Of a stretch of 35,510 bases of DNA, positions 27,160-35,510 are shown in pieces. Position 1 is the stretch's first letter, and the number at the start of each line of letters is the position of its first letter. The notes beneath the pieces are model-generated. The model was not told the DNA's origin. It searched no databases and worked only from the letters and a program-made list of their open reading frames with translations. Location of the stretch: assembly GCA_943788985.1 (NCBI GenBank), contig CALSSJ010000047.1, positions 1 to 35,510 of the forward strand. Direction: 5' to 3'. Made by a program: the position numbers and the translations under genes. Source of the stretch: an uncultured Lentisphaerales bacterium (lineage in GTDB: Bacteria > Verrucomicrobiota > Lentisphaeria > JABSQK01 > UBA12247).

Positions 27160-28110
27160 GGCGCGATGATAGTGCGGATAGTGCCAGAACAGCGTGTCGC
27201 GCGGAAGGCTGTCCGACGCACCTGTCAGCAGCTGCACGATACTGACGCCATCTTTGTCCTCGTCCGCCCTTGGGGGCAGCCCAGCCATCTCCAAGATCGG
27301 CGGGTAAAATCCGTCCTGATGAACAACTCATCGCAGGTCGATCCCGGAGCGGTCCGCCCGGGCCAGCGGACAATCAACGGCTCGCGAACGCCCTCCTCGT
27401 GCGAGCCCCCCTTGAATCCCTTCAGCCCTCCCGTGCTCTGATCTTTATCGCCAGTCATAATCACCAACGTGTGGTCGGCAATCCCCAGTTCATCCGGTTT
27501 CTCGAGAATGCGCCCAACGCTCTGATCGAGGCTTTCAACCATGCCCGCGCGCTTTGGCTCGAAGTGCTCGTTTTTGCCGTTGGCAAAGGTTCCAAGCTTA
27601 GCCTTGTACTTGGCCTTCAACGCAGGTGGACAAATAATCGGCCCGTGAAGCGTATAATACGAGAAATAGAGGAAGAGTGTCTGGCGCGCATCGCGCGCAT
27701 CCAGGGAACTGATGGAGGCACCGCTCAGTTTATCCGTCAGGCGATCACCGGGCTCCCTGTCATCCAGGTTCGGCATACCGAACGGCGAAAAAAACTACAT
27801 GGGCCCTTCGGCTGCCCCCATTCACGGCCGCCGATATTCAGATCAAACTCGTGACTTGTGGGGGTACGCTGCTCGAAGTCTGGCTCCTCAATCGACATCA
27901 GGTGCCATTTCCCCAGAAATGCATTCGCATATCCTGCCTCTTTTAACGCTTCCGGCAAAAGAATCCGCTGTTGTTCGAGCTTCGTTGTCCACTTCGACAC
28001 CGCGAGTTTGGCGCAAGGCCTTCTATACCCGACGATCCAATCCGTCAGCTGCAGCCGTGCCGGATAGCGCCTGCTCAGAATCGCGGCCCGACTGGGCGAG
28101 CATTCTGCAT
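27160..28110 (-). pseudogene. Arylsulfatase (formylglycine-type) pseudogene with several frameshifts
   Basis: CSPSRAAILSRRYP signature (CSPSR at 28102-28088) and EALKEAGY..AFLGKWHL. Other frames give FLYFSYYTLHGP, MVESLDQSVGRIL, EEGVREPLIVRWPG and RDTLFWHYPHY. Both termini are lost. Confidence 0.88.
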
Positions 28111-28119
28111 GCCCGCCCG

Positions 28120-28440
28120 ATCTCGACCCTCATGACCAATCCCATGACGTGGCACGCCCATGAGATGGGCCTTGGCTATTCGATGGCCGTGATCGCGGGC
28201 TTTCTACTCACCGCAGTGCGCAACTGGCACGGCCGGGAAACCTGCACCGGTTGGCCACTCACTGGTCTTGCTGCGCTTTGGCTCGCTACCCGCTTTGTTT
28301 GGCTGCAACTTGGCCTTCTCCCTGGGCCCCCCCGGCAGCAATCATGCCGGGCTGCACCTGATCATCGCCCTCATTATCGTCATGTCCAGTCGGGTCCTTA
28401 CGTTCTTCAGCAAGGGAATTTCTGACTACGCCCGTAAAGC
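28120..28440 (+). pseudogene. NnrS family membrane protein fragment
   Basis: WHAHEMGLGYSMAVIAGFLLTAVRNW.G...GWPL.GLAALWLA.R, then a frameshift (HLIIALIIVMSSRVLTFF). Confidence 0.8.
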
Positions 28441-28492
28441 GCTGGCCACTGCTCGAGCGGCTCCCTGCCCCGGTCCTGTTTGCCTGCTGGAT

Positions 28493-28507
28493 TTGCGAAG
28501 TTCGCAA
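28493..28507. repeat. Dispersed 15-bp palindrome variant TTGCGAAGTTCGCAA
   Basis: Read directly; lies in decayed or non-coding DNA upstream of the serpin gene. Confidence 0.8.
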
Positions 28508-28683
28508 CCTGTCCAAGACGGCGGCCATCCTAGCTGGGCTGCTCTGCCTCATGCTGCGCGTTACTCGGCTTCCTACTCGTATTCACCGTGCCACTCTGGC
28601 AAGCGAGCGTAGACGCCAAGCCTCGCTGATCCCACACAGGCCTGTTGACTTGTCGGAAGACGCGGGTTGTGTAGTGTCCGCCC

Positions 28684-29853
28684 ATGGCTATTCTGCAACA
28701 GATTCTCGGCGCGATTCAAAGACGCGACAGCTCGCTCAGCCTGCCAATTGCAAACTCCGCAACCTCGGCCAGTAGGTTCCGCGAATTCGGCTTCGCCCTT
28801 CGCGGTGCACTGGCCAAGCCGCAGGGCAATGTCTTTTTTTCTCCGGTCGGCATCAGCCTCTGCCTAAGCATGTTGATCCCCGCAGCCCGTGGCCGTACGC
28901 GCGACGAACTCCGTATCGTTCTAGGTGTATCCACAGCTGATTGGGATGCCTTGGGGGGCCAGCTTGCAGAGTTAGCAAAGGACGGCGTGCTCGCGCTCAC
29001 AAATGGACTCTTCGCCCAGAGCGGGACCTCATTTCTGCCAGACTTCGAGGCGGGCTTGGGCCGATCGTTGGGCGCAAGCCCGCAAGTCTTGGATTTCCAC
29101 GAACAACCGCAGGAGAGCACCCAGCAACTGAACCACTGGTGTGCCAGCGAGACCGGGGGCTTAATCGAGCAGATCACAGAACGTGAATGTCTCTCAAACG
29201 CACGGCTGGTACTGGCAAATGCAACCTGTTTTCACGGAGACTGGGACCGGCCGTTTCGCAAACGCTCCACTCGCTGGGAGACCTTTCGAGGCAGCAAGAA
29301 GAGCAAGGTCCAGATGATGCGTCAGACCCTGACAGCCCGCTACGCTAAAAACGCGGACTTCGCAGCGGTCGACCTTCCTTACTTTAGCGGGCACCGAATG
29401 CTGATCGTGCTGCCAGAGCCCGATAAAACGGAAGAGGTCTTCGCGGCTTTCGACGCAAAGGCCTTCGAGGCGGTGTTTGGCACGTTCTCGAATCGGCTGG
29501 TCGATCTAACGCTTCCTCGCTTCACCATGGACGAAGAGACGGCGGATCTGGCCCAGGCCCTGGTGAAGTTGGGCATCCGTGAGGCGTTTGCGGAGTCCGC
29601 AGATCTGTCCGGAGGGACGACCGGGACGTTGGTAAGCCACGTCCTTCATCGTTCGCACCTGCACGTCACCGAGCAAGGGACGGAAGAAGCGGCGGTCGCG
29701 GCAACCGTAAGGCGCAAAGCCAACCCACGAGGACGTGATCTAAATCCCATAGACTTTCGGGTCGGCCACCCCTTTCTGTTTGTGGTCTGCGCACCGCGCA
29801 CACGCACCCCGGTATTTATCGGGCAAGTCCGAAATTTGCCGTCCGGCTACTAA
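28684..29853 (+). CDS. Serpin (serine protease inhibitor fold)
   Basis: NVFFSPVGIS, A.G.T.DEL, LNHW...TGGLI, LVLANATCFHGDW..PF, VQMMRQ, LPRF, TEQGTEEAA and FRVGHPFLFVV....T.TPVFIGQV. Confidence 0.92.
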   Translation: MAILQQILGAIQRRDSSLSLPIANSATSASRFREFGFALRGALAKPQGNVFFSPVGISLCLSMLIPAARGRTRDELRIVLGVSTADWDALGGQLAELAKDGVLALTNGLFAQSGTSFLPDFEAGLGRSLGASPQVLDFHEQPQESTQQLNHWCASETGGLIEQITERECLSNARLVLANATCFHGDWDRPFRKRSTRWETFRGSKKSKVQMMRQTLTARYAKNADFAAVDLPYFSGHRMLIVLPEPDKTEEVFAAFDAKAFEAVFGTFSNRLVDLTLPRFTMDEETADLAQALVKLGIREAFAESADLSGGTTGTLVSHVLHRSHLHVTEQGTEEAAVAATVRRKANPRGRDLNPIDFRVGHPFLFVVCAPRTRTPVFIGQVRNLPSGY

Positions 29854-29919
29854 TCGTTCCGACTTTTTGGCCCAGGCCCAGGCAGGCTGCGGTTTTCCTT
29901 ACTGGCTCGACTTCTTCCT

Positions 29920-30369
29920 TCAGTGATCGTGACCTTCGTGCCCGAGATCGACGAGGTAGGACTTGCCTGCAATCTTGATCGATATGCCTCCCTCTATTTC
30001 ACCTTTCAGGTGAGGACTCTGGGCTGAGAACTCGTCACTGAGCCCGTCCTTATCCGGAGCAACGGCGACCGTCTTCACTTGCTTGCGCCCACTCTTCAGC
30101 TGCAGGTTTAGCCGAGGCGCCTTGGCGATCTTTAGCCCCTTGTGGGTCTCTTCACTCAAAACGTGCAACACAATTGTGCCCGCCTTCTCGTCATGGATCA
30201 GTTCTATTTCAGCGACTCCGTTGCCGACCTCCAAGGTCACTGCGTCCCCGTGCTCATGGCTGGCGTGCTCGGCGTGGTCGTGCCCCTCATGGCCGTCCTT
30301 GGCCAGCGCAGATGTTGATAGACAAAGTGCCGAAACGGCGAGAATAAGTGATGCGGTTGTGGTTTTCAT
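29920..30369 (-). CDS. Exported His-rich putative metal-binding protein
   Basis: Signal peptide; GHEGHDHAEHASHEH N-terminal and HEGHDH C-terminal; last gene of the RND operon. Confidence 0.75.
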   Translation of the reverse strand: MKTTTASLILAVSALCLSTSALAKDGHEGHDHAEHASHEHGDAVTLEVGNGVAEIELIHDEKAGTIVLHVLSEETHKGLKIAKAPRLNLQLKSGRKQVKTVAVAPDKDGLSDEFSAQSPHLKGEIEGGISIKIAGKSYLVDLGHEGHDH

Positions 30370-30395
30370 GAGAATCTCCTTCTGGTGTTATTGGG

Positions 30396-33300
30396 TTAGG
30401 TGAGAATACTTTCTTGGCGCGATACTTCGGGGTCTGCTGCTCGGGATGCTGCTTTTCGACCAAAGCGGTAGAAAACGGCAGGCCGCACAATGAAGTCCAA
30501 GAGTGTACTCGAAATCAGGCCGCCAATAATAACGGTTGCGACTGGGTATAGGATCTCTTTGCCCGGTTGACCTGGGGCGAGCGCCAGCGGGATCAGGGCG
30601 ATTCCACTGGTGAGTGCCGTCATCATGACCGGGACCATTCGCTCTTGCCCGGCGAGCACAATGACGTCGGGGCCAAAGGGCTTTCCTTCGGCTTTCATGA
30701 GATGAATGTAATGATCCAGTAGCAAAATGGCATTGCGCGCAGCGATCCCGCCGAGCGAGATCAGACCTACGAGGGTCGCGACCGACAGCGTTTGGTGCGT
30801 TATGATGACGAACGCGACTGCGCCGACGAACGCCATGGGGATGCTGGCCATCACCTGCAGGCTCAGGTTCAGCGAACCAAAGTGCATATACAGGATGAGG
30901 ATCATGCACAGGAACGAGAGAACACTCAGGACGAGAATTCGCTTGGTAGCCTCCTGCTGCGCTTCAAACTGGCCGCTTATCTTGAGCGAGTAGCCACCTT
31001 TCTTAGCGAGGTCCTGGCGCACGGGCTCAAGGGCGCGATCCACGTCGGCCACGACTTCTCCCAGGGAGCGGCCAGCAACGTTGTGCTGGACGACAATGCG
31101 CCGCCCCACATTCTCGTGCTTGATATTGTTAGAGGTCATCGTCTGCTGCACCGCAGCCACATCCCCCAACCGGATCAGCTTGCCGTTGTGCTTGCGGATG
31201 TAGAGATTTTCGAGATCCTGCAACGACCGCCGATTCGCCTCCTTCAAGCGCAGCACGATTGGATAGGCATAGCGGCCATCGACCAAACGCGATATAGCCT
31301 CACCGCCAAGCGACAGCTCGACCGTGTCGCCAACGTCTTCGACGGCGAGTCCGTGGCGCGCCAGAAGTTCACGATTTGGCACAATGGCGATGTTTGGCAC
31401 GAGTACCTGGGGTTCAACCATCAGGTCCTTTACGCCATCGATTTCCTTCAGGCGGCCCTCCACGTCTTTGGCAACCGTGCGCAGCGTCTCCAGATCAGGG
31501 CCGTATATCTTAACTGCCACCTGGGCCTTGACACCAGAGAGCATCGCGCTGAGCAGATGGGCTAGCGGTTGGTCAACCGCAAAGGCAACACCGGGAAATT
31601 CCTCGCCGATTCGCGTGCGGACCTCGTCGATTATCTCTTCGCGGTCGCGCTCCACCGTTGGGTCGAAGGAAACGATTACCTCGGAACTGTTCACACCTTC
31701 GGCGTGCTCATCTCCCTCGGCTCTGCCAGTACGGCGCGTGACGTACTTGACCCCGTTGACCTTAATCAGCAGCTTTTCCAGCCGCAGGCCATAGGCGTTG
31801 GAGGTGGCCAGACCGGTATCCGGTGGCAACACCAGATTGATCTGCGCGACACCTTCGTTGAACGGAGGCAGGAATTGCGATCCCGCAGTAAGCAGCAGAT
31901 ACAAGGCAATTCCGACCAAGACAACCAATGTGGCGAGAACCGTCCGTGACCAGCGAATGCTGTTGCGAATTGCGAACTCCGCAATCACCTTGAGCTTGCG
32001 GACGACAAACGTGTCCTTGATCTCGCCCTTTGCCATAGTGTTGGGCAGCAGCAAGTAACACAACGCAGGTGTAACGGTCAAGGATACAAATAGCGATGCC
32101 GTGACGCTGACGATGTAGGCGATACCAATCGGCGAGAATAGCTTACCTTCCATGCCAGTCAGGAAAAACAGTGGCACATAGACCACGACGACGAGCATTG
32201 TGCCGATCAAGATCGGTCTTAGCACTTCACTACAGGCGTCATAGATGACCTGAATGGCGGGCCGCTGCTCGCCCTTATCAAGCCGGATGTTTTGTCCGAG
32301 CCTCCGGTAGACATTCTCCATCCCGACGATTGCGTCATCCACCAGCGCGCCAATTGCCACGGCCAGACCGCCAAGCGTCATGGTATTGATCGACAGTCCC
32401 AGTACCGAAAAGACAATCGCCGTGACTGCAATCGAAATCGGAATGGCCGTCAGCGTAATGAACGTCGTGCGCCAGTTCATCAGGAAGATGAACAAAATCA
32501 CCACGACCATGATGCCGCCATCGCGCACAGCCTCTTCCACATTGGCGATCGCGCGATTGATGAAGTCGGCTTGCTTGAACAAGTGCGGATTGATCTGCAG
32601 GTCTTCATCCATACCTGCCATCGACAGCTCAAGTGCGGCCTCCACCTCCTTGCTTAAGCGAATCGTGTCATAGCCGGGCTGCTTCATGACAATCATTGCG
32701 ACACCAGGCCGCCCCCCGACGCCGACCTCGCCGACTTTGATCGCTGCGGGGCCGAACTGGACGTCAGCTACATCCCGAATCCGGACAGGCCGTAGATCAT
32801 GCGGCAGCACGACCGCGTTCTCCAATTCCGCCTTATTGGTCAACAGCCCAGTTACGGTTATCGCCGGGGCCTTGGTCCCGATATTGATAAACGCGCCACT
32901 GCGATTCTGATTATTCCGGGTGACTGCGCTGGCGACATCGTTGACGGTCACGTTAAACGTGCGCAGCTTCTCGGCGTCCATGACAACTTGCAGTTGCTTG
33001 CCTGCACCACCGCCCACGATGACTTTGGCTACGCCTGCGATCGAGAGCAGGTCGTATTTCAGTTTGTAGTCCGCCAATGAACGAATGTCAGCCGTCGACA
33101 GCTTGCCGGTCTTGCTGCTCAAGCCAATGATCTGCACCTGGCCCATGATGCTGGAGATAGGCTCCATCGAAGGCGCAACGCCTTCGGGTAGGCGCTCCTT
33201 TGCCAGCTGCAGCTTTTCCGATACCACCTGGCGATTGCGGTAGATGTCCGTGCCCCAGCCAAACTCGACCTTTATCACGGACAACCCCAGCCCTGAAGAC

Positions 33301-33551
33301 GAACGTACTCGCTCGACGCCAGTGGCCCCGTTGAGGATTTGCTCAAGTGGCAAGGTCACCAGTTGCTCGACATCCTCCGGCACCATCGCATGGGCCTCGG
33401 TCATAATGACCACAGTCGGCCTGTTCAAATTAGGCAGCACGTCGATCGGCATTTGCGACGCCAGATAAGACCCGGTCATCGATACCAACAACGCCGCGAT
33501 TACGACGAACATTCGGTTCTTCAGAGAGAACGCAATAAGCTTATTTAACAT
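30396..33551 (-). CDS. Heavy-metal efflux RND permease, CusA/CzcA family
   Basis: 1051 aa; IDVLPNLN.P.V, NTMTLGGLAVAIGALVDDAIV..ENV, EGKLFSP, RRTGRAE.DEHA, ERMVPVMMTALT and PVATVIIGGLISST. Confidence 0.95.
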   Translation of the reverse strand: MLNKLIAFSLKNRMFVVIAALLVSMTGSYLASQMPIDVLPNLNRPTVVIMTEAHAMVPEDVEQLVTLPLEQILNGATGVERVRSSSGLGLSVIKVEFGWGTDIYRNRQVVSEKLQLAKERLPEGVAPSMEPISSIMGQVQIIGLSSKTGKLSTADIRSLADYKLKYDLLSIAGVAKVIVGGGAGKQLQVVMDAEKLRTFNVTVNDVASAVTRNNQNRSGAFINIGTKAPAITVTGLLTNKAELENAVVLPHDLRPVRIRDVADVQFGPAAIKVGEVGVGGRPGVAMIVMKQPGYDTIRLSKEVEAALELSMAGMDEDLQINPHLFKQADFINRAIANVEEAVRDGGIMVVVILFIFLMNWRTTFITLTAIPISIAVTAIVFSVLGLSINTMTLGGLAVAIGALVDDAIVGMENVYRRLGQNIRLDKGEQRPAIQVIYDACSEVLRPILIGTMLVVVVYVPLFFLTGMEGKLFSPIGIAYIVSVTASLFVSLTVTPALCYLLLPNTMAKGEIKDTFVVRKLKVIAEFAIRNSIRWSRTVLATLVVLVGIALYLLLTAGSQFLPPFNEGVAQINLVLPPDTGLATSNAYGLRLEKLLIKVNGVKYVTRRTGRAEGDEHAEGVNSSEVIVSFDPTVERDREEIIDEVRTRIGEEFPGVAFAVDQPLAHLLSAMLSGVKAQVAVKIYGPDLETLRTVAKDVEGRLKEIDGVKDLMVEPQVLVPNIAIVPNRELLARHGLAVEDVGDTVELSLGGEAISRLVDGRYAYPIVLRLKEANRRSLQDLENLYIRKHNGKLIRLGDVAAVQQTMTSNNIKHENVGRRIVVQHNVAGRSLGEVVADVDRALEPVRQDLAKKGGYSLKISGQFEAQQEATKRILVLSVLSFLCMILILYMHFGSLNLSLQVMASIPMAFVGAVAFVIITHQTLSVATLVGLISLGGIAARNAILLLDHYIHLMKAEGKPFGPDVIVLAGQERMVPVMMTALTSGIALIPLALAPGQPGKEILYPVATVIIGGLISSTLLDFIVRPAVFYRFGRKAASRAADPEVSRQESILT
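31970..31984 (+). repeat. Dispersed 15-bp quasi-palindrome TTGCGAACTCCGCAA (exact copy)
   Basis: Read directly; lies inside the RND permease gene (I-A-E-F-A-I on the minus strand). Confidence 0.85.
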
Positions 33552-33563
33552 CGGAATGACTCC

Positions 33564-35195
33564 TCAATGGTTGTGGCCAGCGTGCGGATCAACAGCCGCT
33601 GGCGTACCCGCGATCAAGGCCAGATGCAAGGCGAAGGCACCTTTTGTGACAGTCGGCTCTTCAGGGAGCAGGTCGGATCCCTCGCCAATCACCGCAACCT
33701 CATTGTCCTGATACACCACAACCACCTTTCGCCGAACATACTCACCATGCTCCCTGGCGAAAACGACCTTATCGGGCCCATATTGAATCACCGCCTCGCT
33801 CGGCAGGACGATCACATCTTCAAGGACTCGGGTCGGAACTTTGAGTATGTACTTCATGCCAGCCCGTAACGCCCAGTTTCGATAGGTGAACGCACCACGC
33901 TCTACTTCACTGCTCTGCGTATTGGCTACCGGCAGATAGACACGCGCGGCGCTGTCCTCACCGCGCATTTTAGTGATGGTTAATCCGCTGAGTTCCGGGC
34001 CAGTACCGGGTGTGAGCGGGATTGCATCGATGCTGTGCTGCTCGCGTGACGCGTCATTCAGAACCGAAATCTCGCTCCCGTTTGGGTCTGCCACCAGATA
34101 CAGATCGGACTCATTCTCCAGGAGCAGTAGCGGGGCGCCAGCAGCAACCCGCTGTCCGATCTTGATATCGACTGACCTGATGTCCCAACCATGCTCGGAA
34201 GCCGGTGCGCGCACGCTGATGATCGGCGTCAGCGCCCCCATATTGAACAGGCTTTGGATATCGGGAAGACTATGCCCTTCCTGCAGCAAAGTCGCGATCT
34301 TCAGGAGGTCGGATGTAGCAGCAGGAGTTTTCTCGAGCCACGCGAGAAGATCGTCGCTGATCAGGCTGGTCAGCGCCAATTCCGCGATCGTCGCTCCTAC
34401 CCACATATCTTGCCGCTGCGAGTCGTCCTGTAACAGGCCCCGTAGCGCGGCAGCCTTGCTGTTCCACGCCCCGTTTCTCCGCAGCGCGTTAAGCCAGAAG
34501 TCATCGCTTCGCATTGCTGTACCGCCGCTCTCTATGGTCGCGATTTCTGCAACCGTCAGCCCATGGAAGAGAAGCTTTTCGTGGGCAGTCTTAAGATCCT
34601 GCTCGACCTTGGCATACTGGTACTTCAGGTCGATAAGGTCCTTCTGCGGTAGGATCGACAGGTTATCCGAATCACCCTGGAACTTTTCCAGGCGCTGGAG
34701 CTCAGTGGACAATACGTCAAGCGACTTGCGTGTGCTTCGTAAATGCGCCACAGCACCGTGAAATTCCTCCGATGCGGGCGAGATCATTTCTGCCGTCACT
34801 GCGAGGCTCGGACGTGGAATCGGATCGCGCATGATCGTCACCAAAGCGTCACCGCTGACCGCCTTCGCTCCCTGATCAGACAACACCTGCTCGATTCTTC
34901 CCGAGAACGGTGCGTAAACCGGCTGCAGGTTCAGAGGACGAGATTCCACCCGCGCCGGCACTGGTAGAAAGAGGGTAAAGTTGGACGAGTCTATCTCCTC
35001 GATCTTCACGCCCATATTCTTCAACGCTTGCGGCGAAATTGCCGATACTGCGTCATCCACTGATTCGGGTTCGTCATGGTCGGAATGCTCAACGCCAGGC
35101 CCATGGTCGTGGCCCTCATGTGAGCTGTCTTGCCCCAAGAGTACGGATGGGGCGACCAGAAGGGCGAGGGTAACGATGATAGATAAATGCTTCAT
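33564..35195 (-). CDS. RND periplasmic adaptor (membrane fusion protein) with His-rich termini and a large insertion
   Basis: Signal peptide; HEGHDHGPGVEHSDH; lipoyl half-motifs VYAPFSGRI and GQRVAAGAPL; VLPSEAVI..GPDKVVF; ends DPHAGHNH. Confidence 0.85.
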   Translation of the reverse strand: MKHLSIIVTLALLVAPSVLLGQDSSHEGHDHGPGVEHSDHDEPESVDDAVSAISPQALKNMGVKIEEIDSSNFTLFLPVPARVESRPLNLQPVYAPFSGRIEQVLSDQGAKAVSGDALVTIMRDPIPRPSLAVTAEMISPASEEFHGAVAHLRSTRKSLDVLSTELQRLEKFQGDSDNLSILPQKDLIDLKYQYAKVEQDLKTAHEKLLFHGLTVAEIATIESGGTAMRSDDFWLNALRRNGAWNSKAAALRGLLQDDSQRQDMWVGATIAELALTSLISDDLLAWLEKTPAATSDLLKIATLLQEGHSLPDIQSLFNMGALTPIISVRAPASEHGWDIRSVDIKIGQRVAAGAPLLLLENESDLYLVADPNGSEISVLNDASREQHSIDAIPLTPGTGPELSGLTITKMRGEDSAARVYLPVANTQSSEVERGAFTYRNWALRAGMKYILKVPTRVLEDVIVLPSEAVIQYGPDKVVFAREHGEYVRRKVVVVYQDNEVAVIGEGSDLLPEEPTVTKGAFALHLALIAGTPAAVDPHAGHNH

Positions 35196-35510
35196 TATTC
35201 TAACTCCAGTAATTTCAAAGAATCCTTCAAGGGAGATAATTCATCGGCCATAAGGTTGACCAGTGGCAGCCCCACAAGCTGCTCCAAGCTGACGATCCCG
35301 CTCCAGCGCTCGCCTTCCAGCTCGACCTGTTTGATTTCAACCTGCCGGAGCTGTGATACAAAATCGAGATAACGCAAAACGTCGATTGCCCCAAACTTCA
35401 TCGCCCGTTCTCCTGCCTCCACATTTTTCCTCGCAGCGGGTAGAATCTCGGTCCGATAGACCTCTAGTTTTTGGGCAATCAACTGCAGCTTTGCATACTC
35501 CTCCTCCACT
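35195..35510 (-). CDS. TolC/CzcC family outer-membrane efflux protein, 3' part only
   Basis: Y..EILP.A.......A...G.IDVL.YLD and LEQLVG; TAATG coupling to the adaptor gene. Confidence 0.8.
   Translation of the reverse strand, partial: VEEEYAKLQLIAQKLEVYRTEILPAARKNVEAGERAMKFGAIDVLRYLDFVSQLRQVEIKQVELEGERWSGIVSLEQLVGLPLVNLMADELSPLKDSLKLLELE

Noticed and set aside
1775..31984. The 15-bp motif as a CRISPR repeat or IS end
   Set aside because: Copies are too short, irregularly spaced and mostly in-frame within intact genes. No cas or transposase genes and no target-site duplications are visible.

Overview
GC-rich bacterial chromosomal segment, most likely from the PVC superphylum (Lentisphaerae/Verrucomicrobia/Planctomycetes-like). 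This placement is inferred from a Minf_1886-type gene, a DUF1559-type pseudopilin remnant, a sulfatase remnant and a TMTC-like TPR protein. Housekeeping genes are an aminotransferase 3' end, ynbE-ydbL, folC, thiE, rnr, trpC, rplU, a HIT gene, namZ and rlmD. Metal-related genes are sodN, larB and a CusA/CzcA-type RND operon with His-rich partners. The window also holds a MazEF-type toxin-antitoxin pair, a Ser/Thr kinase, a serpin and three patches of decayed genes (about 6.1-8.8, 11.4-12.4 and 27.1-28.5 kb). The most striking unexplained signal is a dispersed 15-bp quasi-palindrome, TTGCGRANTYCGCAA. By manual scan it has 4 identical TTGCGAACTCCGCAA copies, 6 perfect matches to the degenerate consensus and 14 copies with at most 1 mismatch. 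The copies sit in unrelated genes in several reading frames and in non-coding DNA, which suggests a DNA-level, possibly genome-wide, protein-binding or uptake-type signal. No rRNA, tRNA, CRISPR array or intact transposase was recognised.
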